The notes under the pieces were generated by a model, which saw only the letters and a program-made list of their open reading frames with translations, searched no databases and was not told where the DNA came from. Shown here in pieces: positions 1 to 8,695 of a stretch of 32,000 nt of DNA. The stretch is from Nostoc punctiforme PCC 73102 (GTDB taxonomy: Bacteria; Cyanobacteriota; Cyanobacteriia; Cyanobacteriales; Nostocaceae), in assembly GCF_000020025.1 (NCBI RefSeq), contig NC_010632.1:180001-212000 (forward strand), given 5' to 3'. The position numbers were made by a program, and so were the translations under genes. Within the stretch, counting starts at the first letter, position 1. Each line of letters starts with the position of its first letter.

Positions 1-1
1 T

Positions 2-1216
2 ATCTCTTTACGGGCAGGGAGTAGTATAGGCTCTGCAACTTTTGGTCAAGGTAAAAGTGGTAGTGTTTCAGTTAATTCAAACTCTATAGAAATAATTGGC
101 ACATCTACTGGTTTAGGTAACGCAAGTAACATTCAATCATCTACTTATAAAGATGGCAATGCTGGTAATTTAGAAATTAATAGTTCAAATTTATTATTAC
201 AAGATGGAGGTACTATTAGTACTAGTACTTTTGCTTCCGGCGATGCTGGTAATTTATTTATTAGATCCTCAGAAGCAATTACAATATCAGGAAAATACTT
301 AGACACATTAAGTGCTATATCTTCTTCAGCACCTATACTAAATGAACGCCTCAGAACCGGATTAAGATTACCTCCAGAGCCAACAGGTAGAGCGGGAAGT
401 TTAACTATTGATACTCAAAAGTTAACCATTTCTAATTTTGGACAGCTTAGTGTAATAAATCAAGGCTCCGGTGACGCTGGTACTATTAATATCAATACAG
501 ACAAAATCGATATTACAAATCAAGGGGGAATTACAGCGACAACTGCTGTTGGAGCAGGTGGGAACATCAATTTGAAAGCAGAAAATGTTCAACTGAATAA
601 TAGCTTTATATCTGCAACCGCAGGTACAAACGGCAGTACGGGCAATGGGGGCAATATTGGTATTGAAACAGGTGCATTAATATTGCAAAGTAACAGCCAA
701 ATTACAGCCAATGCCTCTGAGGGTAGGGGTGGGAACATCAAAATCAATACCCCAGGTTTATTTGCCTCGCCAGATAGCCAAATAAAAGCTACTTCAGAAA
801 GAGGAGTTAACGGCTCAGTACAGATTAACACTACTCAAATAGATATTGCTAACTCTGGGATTAGAAATACTGTCTTTCAGTCTCCACAACCGTTTAACAC
901 TTGCTCGCCAGAACCTCCTAACTTGCCGAGTGAACTAACTATCTCTGCTAAAGGAGGGCTTCCCGCTAGTCTTGATGATTTATCTAGCACTACACTGGGG
1001 TGGACAGACTCATCAGTACCCATCTCTTCTCAACAATTACCCCAATCTACTCAAACTGATAATACGGAAAATATAGTGGTAGCCCAAGGGTGGCGCAATA
1101 ACGGGGATGGGACTGTTAACTTTGTGATTACCCCAGATCCAAGTGACGATATGGGTGCGTACAGTTCGCCATTGAAATCTTCTTGCATCAAGAGAGTACC
1201 AGATGTAGGGGGTTAA
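2..1216 (+). CDS. Two-partner-secretion exoprotein (TpsA / filamentous-haemagglutinin-like beta-helix repeat protein), C-terminal part; 5' end lies outside the window
   Basis: My own translation of frame 2 is open from base 2 to the TAA at 1214-1216. The track's TTG start at 572 is therefore internal. Degenerate Gly/Asn-rich beta-helix repeats recur: GNAGNLEINSSNLLLQDGGTISTSTFASGDAGNLFI, GDAGTININTDKIDITNQGGITATT, GNGGNIGIETGALILQSNSQITANASEGRGGNIKINT. The tail ends with AKGGLPASL. A ShlB-type transporter gene follows immediately. Confidence 0.75.
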   Translation: MSLRAGSSIGSATFGQGKSGSVSVNSNSIEIIGTSTGLGNASNIQSSTYKDGNAGNLEINSSNLLLQDGGTISTSTFASGDAGNLFIRSSEAITISGKYLDTLSAISSSAPILNERLRTGLRLPPEPTGRAGSLTIDTQKLTISNFGQLSVINQGSGDAGTININTDKIDITNQGGITATTAVGAGGNINLKAENVQLNNSFISATAGTNGSTGNGGNIGIETGALILQSNSQITANASEGRGGNIKINTPGLFASPDSQIKATSERGVNGSVQINTTQIDIANSGIRNTVFQSPQPFNTCSPEPPNLPSELTISAKGGLPASLDDLSSTTLGWTDSSVPISSQQLPQSTQTDNTENIVVAQGWRNNGDGTVNFVITPDPSDDMGAYSSPLKSSCIKRVPDVGG

Positions 1217-1219
1217 ATA

Positions 1220-2917
1220 TTGAGTTTACATTTACTAGCGTATTTAACGGCAAGTCATTTTTCCTCGGCAGAACTTGAGTCAGGTGGCCTTCATCAAAAA
1301 AATCCGCCAACCATACAACAAACACCCCTGTCACCCACCCCTTTACCTCCAGCACCGCCACCATTAACGCTTCCAGCATCCTCTACTCCTTTGATTCCTC
1401 AAAGAACCCTTAAACCAAACAATTTCGTTAAAATCAAAGTTCAAGGTTTTCGATTTCAAGGAAATACAGTCTTTAATAATCAGGAGTTAGAGAAAGTATT
1501 ATCAGAATTCATTAGTCAGGAAATCACTTTTACTGATTTATCAAAAATTAGTGATAAGGTTACTGATTATTATGTAGAGCAAGGGTATATCAACTCTGGT
1601 GCATACATTGGTGTTGCCCAAAATCAATCTCTCAAGGTTGACAATGCTATAGTTACTGTCTCAATTGTTGAGGGACGAATAGAAAAAATCAATATTGTCG
1701 GCGGCAACAGACTACACAACTATATCCGCGCACGTATTCCACAACCGATTCTCAACAGTAAACGCTTATTGCCAGCACTACAATTACTTCAACAAGACCC
1801 ATTAATTGAGAAAATTACTGCTTCATTGAAAGAGGGAAGCAAACCAAGCCAAGCTATTTTGGATATTAATGTACAGCCCCAACAGGAATTTAAGGTTAAT
1901 ATTGGTCTAGACAACTACCGATCTCCAGTCATCGGAACTTTCCAGCGTCGCATTGATATCTCGCACAATAACATCCTGGGATTGGGAGACGGACTAAGCA
2001 TTGGTTACAGAAATACAGATGGCAGTAATGCTATCACCCTTGGTTATTCTGTACCTATCAACCCAAACAATGGTACTATCAGCCTTGTTTACGCAAATAT
2101 TTCCAACAATATCATTGAGCGACCGCTTAACGCGCTTGATATAGTAGCCGATGCAGGGGTCTATGAAATGACTTTGCGCCAACCTCTGATTCGGCAGGCT
2201 TCGGCTAACTCTGCACAAGAATTGGCATTGGGGCTGACTGTTTCGCGGCTAGAAAGCGAATCATCATTGCAAAATACTCCTTTTCCTATCTCGGCGGGCG
2301 CAGATGCTTCGGGGCGTACAAGGATTTTTGCACTCAGGTTTTTCCAAGATTGGGCAAATCGCAGCCTTAATCAGTCTTTTTACGCTCGTTCAACTTTTAG
2401 TTTAGGTTTAGATGCACTAGATGCTACCATCAATGCCAACCCTCCTGATGGGCGATTTTTTAGTTGGGTAGGCGAGGCTTTATGGTTGAAGCGTTTAGGA
2501 AATAGTAATACTTCTGTTGCTATCCGCTCACGCCTCCAATGGGCGGATAGACCTTTACCCGCTTTCGAGCAAATTAGTCTTGGAGGCATCAGCAATGTCA
2601 GAGGTTACAGGCAGGATACTTTTATATCTGACAATGGATTTCTCTTATCTACAGAACTACGCATTCCGGCCTGGAAAACGACTACGCAAGAATTACAGGT
2701 TGCTCCCTTCATTGACTTTGGCACAAGCTGGAACAATAGTTCTGATACTTTTAGCCCTGATGGTAGTTTAACCTCTATTGGTCTAGCTCTCCAATATCGA
2801 AGCGATCGCTTCAATGCCCGTCTTGATTGGGGCATTCCTCTAAATGAAACTAACTCAAACTCAAACACATGGCAAGAAAATGGAGTTTATTTTTCACTTA
2901 ACTATCAACTATTTTAA
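1220..2917 (+). CDS. ShlB/FhaC/HecB-family TpsB outer-membrane transporter (POTRA domain plus beta-barrel)
   Basis: 565-aa ORF with a Pro-rich linker followed by a POTRA-like segment (IKVQGFRFQGNTVFNNQELEKVLSEF...VTVSIVEGRIEKINIVGG). A long region of alternating beta-strand character follows and ends in the OMP-type C-terminus GVYFSLNYQLF. There is no in-frame ATG before the POTRA segment, and the only early start is the TTG at 1220, 4 nt after the TpsA stop. Confidence 0.85.
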   Translation: MSLHLLAYLTASHFSSAELESGGLHQKNPPTIQQTPLSPTPLPPAPPPLTLPASSTPLIPQRTLKPNNFVKIKVQGFRFQGNTVFNNQELEKVLSEFISQEITFTDLSKISDKVTDYYVEQGYINSGAYIGVAQNQSLKVDNAIVTVSIVEGRIEKINIVGGNRLHNYIRARIPQPILNSKRLLPALQLLQQDPLIEKITASLKEGSKPSQAILDINVQPQQEFKVNIGLDNYRSPVIGTFQRRIDISHNNILGLGDGLSIGYRNTDGSNAITLGYSVPINPNNGTISLVYANISNNIIERPLNALDIVADAGVYEMTLRQPLIRQASANSAQELALGLTVSRLESESSLQNTPFPISAGADASGRTRIFALRFFQDWANRSLNQSFYARSTFSLGLDALDATINANPPDGRFFSWVGEALWLKRLGNSNTSVAIRSRLQWADRPLPAFEQISLGGISNVRGYRQDTFISDNGFLLSTELRIPAWKTTTQELQVAPFIDFGTSWNNSSDTFSPDGSLTSIGLALQYRSDRFNARLDWGIPLNETNSNSNTWQENGVYFSLNYQLF

Positions 2918-5393
2918 AAGAATTAAGTACCTATTTTTAAGTTTAACATTGACGCTAATAGTAGTGTTTAACAATGGAGCAATATTAGCAACTCCCCCAA
3001 ACTTAGAAATAGCGCAATCTCTCACACAGCAAGGATTTTTACAATTATACAACGGACAGTCCGAAGCTGCTTTGAAAGCATGGCAATCAGCTTATCGAGC
3101 TTATGAACAATTAAATAACAAGCAGGGGATGAATGGCAGTTTAATTAACCAGAGTTTGGCACTTCAAGCACTAGGCTCTTATGCTAACGCTTGCCAAGTT
3201 CTTACTCAGGCTTTAGCACTAGAAAATAGAATTTGCCCTCATGCGTTAAAAGAACAAACTAATTCTTCTCAAATCTTATCTGATTTAAAAGAAATATTTC
3301 AAAAACAACCTATCCAAAATTTACAAATTATTGGTTTTTCTAATTTAGCTAATGTTTTCCGAGCTATGGGCGAACCGGAAGTTTCTTATACTATTCTGCA
3401 ATACTGTTTAACCTTCGCTGCACAATTACAAAAGAAAGAGATTCAAGATAACTTATTACTCAATTTAGCTAATACAGAAGTAACACTTTACAATCAAGCC
3501 AAGAGTAAATATCAACTCACTGATGACTTTACTGCTCAAAAGAAAGCACTGATTTTAGCCAAGTCTAAATTCGATGCTGCCCAAAAAGTATACGAAAAAC
3601 TCAGTAATAGCCCAAGTACAGTTTCTCTACAAGCTAAACTAAACTGGTTAAAGTTACTCATAGATAATACATCAATACAATTGTCACAATACTTACCTTT
3701 AAGTAATTCTGTTTCTAGACTAATAAATGATATTCTCACCAATTTGAAACAAATTGAAACGTTATCCAAGGTTGATTCAATTTATAGCAAACTTAAATTA
3801 TCTCATAACTTACTAAAAATCACCCAAAGTAATAACTTGAAAGTGAAACAATTCACAGATAACAATTTACAATCTATAGCCTTATCCTTATCACAGGAAG
3901 CATTAGCTAGTGCCAAGAAGTTAAATAATTTTAGAGCAATTGCTTATGCTAATAGTACTTTAGGTGAAATTTACGCTGCTGGTGGAGAATTATCAAAAGC
4001 TGAGAGTTCGTATCATGATGGGATGTTATACGCTCAATCAGTACAGGCTTGGGATATCGTTTATCAATGGCAATGGGAACTAGCTCGGCTTTATAAAACA
4101 TCTGGTAAAATCGAGCAAGCTAATAAATTTTATTCTACTGCTATAAAAAATCTTGATAAAGTACGTGGTGATGTTTTACTGTTTAACTCTGATATTCAAT
4201 TTGCTTTCACAGAAAAAGTAGAGCCACTTTACCGCGAATACATATCATTATTACTTAACAAGAATAATTCTAATAAAAACTACAATAGACAAGCTATTAA
4301 AATTCAAGAACAACTTAAATTTGCTGAAGTAGAGAATTTCTTGCGTTGTGGTAAATTTGCTGAAAATGCCCTAGATGCAAGATTGGATAGCGGATTAAAA
4401 GATTTGGATTATATTGTTTACCTCATTAAATTAGATGACCGAGTAGAGGTGCTTGTTAAAACTTCTCAAAATATCTATCGTCACACAATAGATTTAGATA
4501 TAATTGGTGAACCTCTGACTAATTTCTTCAATATTATCCAGAATTTAGAATTCGTTGATACTAAAGGTTATAATTTTCTCACTTATTCGCAAGCAGTTTA
4601 TCAGCTTTTGATTCAACCTATCAAACAATATTTACCCTCATCAGGCAAAATAGGTTTCGTCCTAGATAGTTATTTTCAAAATCTGCCCCTAGATATGTTA
4701 TATGATGGGCAACAATATTTATTAGAAACATACATTATTTCTGTAGGTTCTAGTGCTAAACAATTGCGGCAATCGATGCTCAAACCAGCTGCAACGTTAG
4801 CTAGTGGCGTTTCTAAAATTGGCCCTAGTTTTAGTAATCCTATCGTCCCTAGAGATTTACGTCCTTTACCTCAAGTCAGGTTAGAGATTGAGAATATTAA
4901 GAAAGCTAATCCCTCTGCCATTACATTACTTGATAGCGAATTTACCCATGAACGATTTAGTAAAGATATTGAAAACAATTCTTTTTGGGCTATTCATTTA
5001 AGTAGCCATGCTCAATTTAGCTCGGACATTGAACAAACCTTTGTCTTAGCATGGGATACTCCCCTGATGGTTAATGATTTAAAAGCTTTACTACAAAATA
5101 AAAGCAACCTTGATTTACTGGTGTTGAGTGCTTGCCAAACTGCCAAAGGTGATAGACGCTCCTTTTTGGGTATTGCTGGCATAGCTGCACAAGCTGGAGC
5201 GCGTAGTGTTTTAGCCAGTCTATGGCTAGTTGATGCTGATTCTACTGCTCAACTGATGACTCAATTTTATGAAGGACTGAAATCTGGACTTACCAAAGCC
5301 GAAGCATTAAGATCAGCACAACTCAGTTTATTAAAAAGTGACAAATATTTTCACCCATATTATTGGAGCGCATTTATTCTCGTTGGCGGATAA
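2880..5393 (+). CDS. CHAT-domain (caspase-like) protease with N-terminal signal/anchor sequence and TPR-like helical repeats
   Basis: The ORF is open from 2844, and ATG codons lie at 2844 and 2880. The N-terminus KRIKYLFLSLTLTLIVVFNNGAILA-TPP looks like a signal peptide or anchor. About 600 aa of helical repeats follow. The C-terminal domain has a caspase-type dyad: IHLSSHAQF (His codon 5007-5009) and LLVLSACQTAKGD (Cys codon 5133-5135), then YWSAFILVGG. The start is uncertain and overlaps the TpsB 3' end. Confidence 0.85.
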   Translation: MEFIFHLTINYFKRIKYLFLSLTLTLIVVFNNGAILATPPNLEIAQSLTQQGFLQLYNGQSEAALKAWQSAYRAYEQLNNKQGMNGSLINQSLALQALGSYANACQVLTQALALENRICPHALKEQTNSSQILSDLKEIFQKQPIQNLQIIGFSNLANVFRAMGEPEVSYTILQYCLTFAAQLQKKEIQDNLLLNLANTEVTLYNQAKSKYQLTDDFTAQKKALILAKSKFDAAQKVYEKLSNSPSTVSLQAKLNWLKLLIDNTSIQLSQYLPLSNSVSRLINDILTNLKQIETLSKVDSIYSKLKLSHNLLKITQSNNLKVKQFTDNNLQSIALSLSQEALASAKKLNNFRAIAYANSTLGEIYAAGGELSKAESSYHDGMLYAQSVQAWDIVYQWQWELARLYKTSGKIEQANKFYSTAIKNLDKVRGDVLLFNSDIQFAFTEKVEPLYREYISLLLNKNNSNKNYNRQAIKIQEQLKFAEVENFLRCGKFAENALDARLDSGLKDLDYIVYLIKLDDRVEVLVKTSQNIYRHTIDLDIIGEPLTNFFNIIQNLEFVDTKGYNFLTYSQAVYQLLIQPIKQYLPSSGKIGFVLDSYFQNLPLDMLYDGQQYLLETYIISVGSSAKQLRQSMLKPAATLASGVSKIGPSFSNPIVPRDLRPLPQVRLEIENIKKANPSAITLLDSEFTHERFSKDIENNSFWAIHLSSHAQFSSDIEQTFVLAWDTPLMVNDLKALLQNKSNLDLLVLSACQTAKGDRRSFLGIAGIAAQAGARSVLASLWLVDADSTAQLMTQFYEGLKSGLTKAEALRSAQLSLLKSDKYFHPYYWSAFILVGG

Positions 5394-6379
5394 CTCGTTT
5401 GCTCCTTGACCTTTGTGTGTGCCGCAATCTTTATACCAGCTTCTGCTAAAGCTAACTCTACAGTATTATTTGCTTGTTGTGCTAATTTCTTAGCTGTTAA
5501 ATACGCTTCATTAGCTTGTTGAGGAAAATTAGCTATTAAGTAGCGATCGCCTAATAATCTATAAATCGTTGGGTTCGTTGAACCTGCTTTAGCTCTAGCG
5601 TCTAACACTTTTATCGATTCGTTGACTAAATTGTATGACTCATATACTGCATCCATATCAATCGCCAATTCATCAAGCGGCTGTTGAAGGTTCTTGAGAA
5701 CGTTAATTGTCTTTTCTACTTCTTGTATATTGTCTGTGGCTAATAGCAACAACAACGAGTTACTGCCATCTATTACTCTATCGCCCCGCATGGCAACTAT
5801 ATCTAAAGTGTATGCTTGACCTGGTTTCAATGCTGGCTCTTGGGGCGGATAGGTTAAACTTTCTCCTTTGACTGCCACCTCCCAGCTAATGCCTCCATTT
5901 CCTCGCATACGCACAATGTAATCAGTTGCTCCCTTTGGTTTAGACCAAGATATTGTCGGGCGCTCTTGATTGATTACTGCTCCATAAGGTGTCATCTTTG
6001 TAGGTTTGTTCTCTTCATCCGGCCCTTTAGGGATGACACAGCTTCTTCCTTGTAAAACGTTGCATCCTCTACCTTCGTTCACTTTTAATGGCAAGCATTG
6101 TTTCCCGACAACATCACTAGGAATGTCTAGGATTTTTCCTCTTGGGTAACAGAAGATTTTTACCTTTCCACCATTAGCTGCAACAACTCTATCCTCACTA
6201 CATAATTTTTTTGAAGGTTGATAACGACTATCTCCACTTATCACTTTCGCTATAGGTTCGCAAGAGACTTTAGATTGCCGATTTGCCCTCACTACCTCCT
6301 GTCCCCACACACGACTTTCAGTGACGTTAACTAATATTAATCCTAATATAATGGCTCCAATCTGAATTCTCTTGAACAT
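5360..6379 (-). CDS. Secreted protein: Cys-rich N-terminal region, a beta-rich domain tentatively DUF928-like, and a helical TPR-like tail
   Basis: 339-aa ORF with a signal peptide (MFKRIQIGAIILGLILVNVTESRVWGQ). About 8 Cys lie in the first 120 mature residues. The segment PTISWSKPKGATDYIVRMRGNGG..WEVAVKGESLTYPPQEPALKPGQAYTLDIVA resembles, from memory, the DUF928 pattern seen next to CHAT and ShlB genes in cyanobacteria. The 3' end overlaps the CHAT gene 3' end convergently by 34 nt. Confidence 0.55.
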   Translation of the reverse strand: MFKRIQIGAIILGLILVNVTESRVWGQEVVRANRQSKVSCEPIAKVISGDSRYQPSKKLCSEDRVVAANGGKVKIFCYPRGKILDIPSDVVGKQCLPLKVNEGRGCNVLQGRSCVIPKGPDEENKPTKMTPYGAVINQERPTISWSKPKGATDYIVRMRGNGGISWEVAVKGESLTYPPQEPALKPGQAYTLDIVAMRGDRVIDGSNSLLLLLATDNIQEVEKTINVLKNLQQPLDELAIDMDAVYESYNLVNESIKVLDARAKAGSTNPTIYRLLGDRYLIANFPQQANEAYLTAKKLAQQANNTVELALAEAGIKIAAHTKVKEQTSYPPTRINALQ

Positions 6380-6429
6380 GGGATTTATATACTTGTTCTT
6401 CTACAAACTGTTTTTCAAAGTACTAAAAT

Positions 6430-8295
6430 TTATTTCTTTTTAAATATCCTCTCTATTAATTCCCCTCGCCATTTTTGTACTTCTGGCAACCACGTATCCA
6501 TCCTTGCCAATAAACATATTTCACCGTAACCACTTGCAGAATTTATATCTCCTAACGCTTCTTTCGCTTTCGATAACAAGCAATACACATCAACTCTTTG
6601 TGAATCTAACTTAAATGCTGTTTGCAAATCTTTATCCGCTCCTTGATAATCTTTTTGCGTCAGTTTCGCCCAGGCTAAATTTTTATACAATGCTGCTCTT
6701 AACTGTTTATCACTAGATGGGGCTTTATTCAATCCTTCTATTGCTAGTTTTTGAGCTTGAGTATAATTTCCTTGCAAATTATTCAACCTAGACAAATTAT
6801 TCACAGCAATTAACGCCTGCTCCTGACCAGATTTAATTGCTAAGTTATATTGTTCTTGAGCTAAATCATATTTTTCTTGAGTTTCATAAAAGTTAGCTAA
6901 ATTGTAGTGTCCTGTCCAGGAGTTAGGCTCTAGCCTAAAAAGCTGTTGGTAACTTTTATTAACACAATTTATATCTCTCAAAAATTGACAAGTCAATGCT
7001 AGATTATTATATGAATCTATATCATTCGGATTATATTTAGCCGCTAAATTATAATATTTCTTTTCTAATTCTAAATTTTCTTTAACTCTTCCTGCTATAT
7101 CAAAGTAGAATTTGGAAATTTGATTACTTAATTCCGGGCGGATTTTTACTGCTTGGTCAAATAGCTTTTGCGCTTGTTCTGTATTATTTTCTTGTTCTAG
7201 CTTTTGCCCTTGTGCTACTAAATTATTTGCATAAACTGGGAATCCAAGTGTATAAGCTAGTAATCCTATCAAACTAACGCTGGCGATCGCTGCACTGAAC
7301 ATGAAGGGTTTCGACCTTGTTAGTCTATAAATCTTATTTTGCTTAGGCAGTTTTTTCAGTCGCCACAAAATAATTCCCGTTGTTTGTGGTCGATGTGCTG
7401 GATTTGGAGCCATCAACTCATCAATAAAATCCGCCAATGGCTTATCTATCTGTGGTGCTTTATGTCTCCAGATCAGTCTCCCCACATCATGATTTGTCTC
7501 TAATTCTCTTAATTTTACCCCCGTCACCAACCGAACCATAGTCCGACCTAAAGCATAAAAATCCGACTGTGGAACCGCATGACCATGCGCTTGTTCTAGC
7601 GGACTGTAATAATGGGAAATTACTTTGGTGATTTCGTAATTACTGATAGTTCTGTCCGTTCCTCCAGTCGAGCTTACTTTGGCTAAATATGTATCTGTTA
7701 TCTGGCGTGCAGCCCCAAAATCTATTAAATATAAATGTCCATCCGGATCTAGAATTATATTACTTGGTTTTATATCTCTATGAAAAAATTCTGTATGATG
7801 TACTAAATCTAGTATTGCTACTATTTGTTCCAACCAATCTAGTGCTAACTCTTGTGAAATTGGTGGATGAGTTTCTATCCAATTTTCTAAATTTTCCCCT
7901 TCAATTTTATCCATGATTAAGCATCGGAATTTGAAGGGGCTGTTCTCTGATTCTAGGGTAAAGTAGTCATCATCTCCATTTGTCTGCGGAATATTTGGAT
8001 GATTTATTAATTGCAAGGCTAAAACCTCGCGCTCAAATCGCTCCACAAATTGAGGCGAATTCCATTTTAATATCTTCATGACTCGTCGTTTACGCCCAGG
8101 ACTCCACTGCGTCCCAGAATCCTCTATTTCAAAAATCTCATTTGCCGTGAACGGGTTGCGATCTAATTCTCTTAATGGTTTAACTAGACGGACACGTTCA
8201 TTGATCACTAAAGATGTACCGCAAGAAGCGCATTTGTAGGCATCATCAGGATTCTGCCGTCGTTCACACAGAGGATTTATACAGTAACACGACAT
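6430..8295 (-). CDS. Receptor-type Ser/Thr protein kinase: N-terminal Cys4 zinc ribbon, Hanks kinase domain, one TM helix, C-terminal TPR repeats
   Basis: The N-terminus CINPLCERRQNPDDAYKCASCG is a 4-Cys prefix. Kinase motifs are VMKILK (catalytic Lys), HRDIKPSNIIL (catalytic loop) and DFGAAR. A TM segment FMFSAAIASVSLIGLLAYTLGFPVYA follows. About 250 aa of TPR-like repeats complete the protein (YNLAAKYNPND, YNLANFYETQEKYDLAQEQYNLAI, and similar). Confidence 0.9.
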   Translation of the reverse strand: MSCYCINPLCERRQNPDDAYKCASCGTSLVINERVRLVKPLRELDRNPFTANEIFEIEDSGTQWSPGRKRRVMKILKWNSPQFVERFEREVLALQLINHPNIPQTNGDDDYFTLESENSPFKFRCLIMDKIEGENLENWIETHPPISQELALDWLEQIVAILDLVHHTEFFHRDIKPSNIILDPDGHLYLIDFGAARQITDTYLAKVSSTGGTDRTISNYEITKVISHYYSPLEQAHGHAVPQSDFYALGRTMVRLVTGVKLRELETNHDVGRLIWRHKAPQIDKPLADFIDELMAPNPAHRPQTTGIILWRLKKLPKQNKIYRLTRSKPFMFSAAIASVSLIGLLAYTLGFPVYANNLVAQGQKLEQENNTEQAQKLFDQAVKIRPELSNQISKFYFDIAGRVKENLELEKKYYNLAAKYNPNDIDSYNNLALTCQFLRDINCVNKSYQQLFRLEPNSWTGHYNLANFYETQEKYDLAQEQYNLAIKSGQEQALIAVNNLSRLNNLQGNYTQAQKLAIEGLNKAPSSDKQLRAALYKNLAWAKLTQKDYQGADKDLQTAFKLDSQRVDVYCLLSKAKEALGDINSASGYGEICLLARMDTWLPEVQKWRGELIERIFKKK

Positions 8296-8420
8296 CTTGT
8301 CTTAACTTTCTATTAAAGAATTAGCATTTGAGCAATATTTCGTTATTGACAACATTATAAAAATATTTCTTATGACTATTGCTTTTGTTCACATTTGATG
8401 CATTAAAGTAAAATCTTTTT

Positions 8421-8435
8421 GTGACTTAAAGTCAC
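8421..8435. promoter_or_regulatory. Palindrome GTGACT-TAA-AGTCAC in the divergent kinase/STAND intergenic region (candidate operator)
   Basis: Perfect 6-3-6 palindrome read directly at 8421-8435. A related copy is at 8604-8618 and a GTGACT half-site is at 8524-8529. Confidence 0.3.
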
Positions 8436-8603
8436 TTTGCGTTAAAAATTATATTTTTGCATTTACAATGATCCTACCAAAACCCTCATTTAATAAGGCT
8501 TGAGCAATAGTTAGCTAATCTGGGTGACTTTGTTTTGCATGAAAACACTCATTTAATCTTTTAGGAGATACACTTATAATCTAAAAAGCTGATACTATTA
8601 TAA

Positions 8604-8618
8604 GTGACTCAGAGTCAT
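8604..8618. promoter_or_regulatory. Second palindrome GTGACTCAGAGTCAT (core TGACTC-A-GAGTCA), candidate operator upstream of the STAND gene
   Basis: Read directly. It has the same GTGACT-N3-AGTCA architecture as 8421-8435 and lies 78 nt upstream of the ATG at 8696. Confidence 0.3.
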
Positions 8619-8695
8619 AAGAATTAAATAGCCAGTTGATTTGATTTTACAAACGTTTCTTGCGGAACTCACGTACCAAAAGGAAAACTTCTTTT

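Noticed and set aside
572-1216. Track ORF starting at the TTG at 572, read as a stand-alone 214-aa gene
   Set aside because: The same frame is open back to base 2 and continues the same beta-helix repeat pattern. It is therefore the C-terminal part of a larger gene that is cut by the window edge.
589-3769. Short ORFs nested inside the TpsA, TpsB and CHAT genes, mostly antisense (589-831, 1188-1379, 1994-2218, 2380-2595, 2605-2868, 3536-3769) plus one same-strand alternate-frame ORF (2517-2771)
   Set aside because: They are fully embedded in strongly supported genes on the opposite strand or in alternate frames. They have no motifs, odd composition and no ribosome-binding context.
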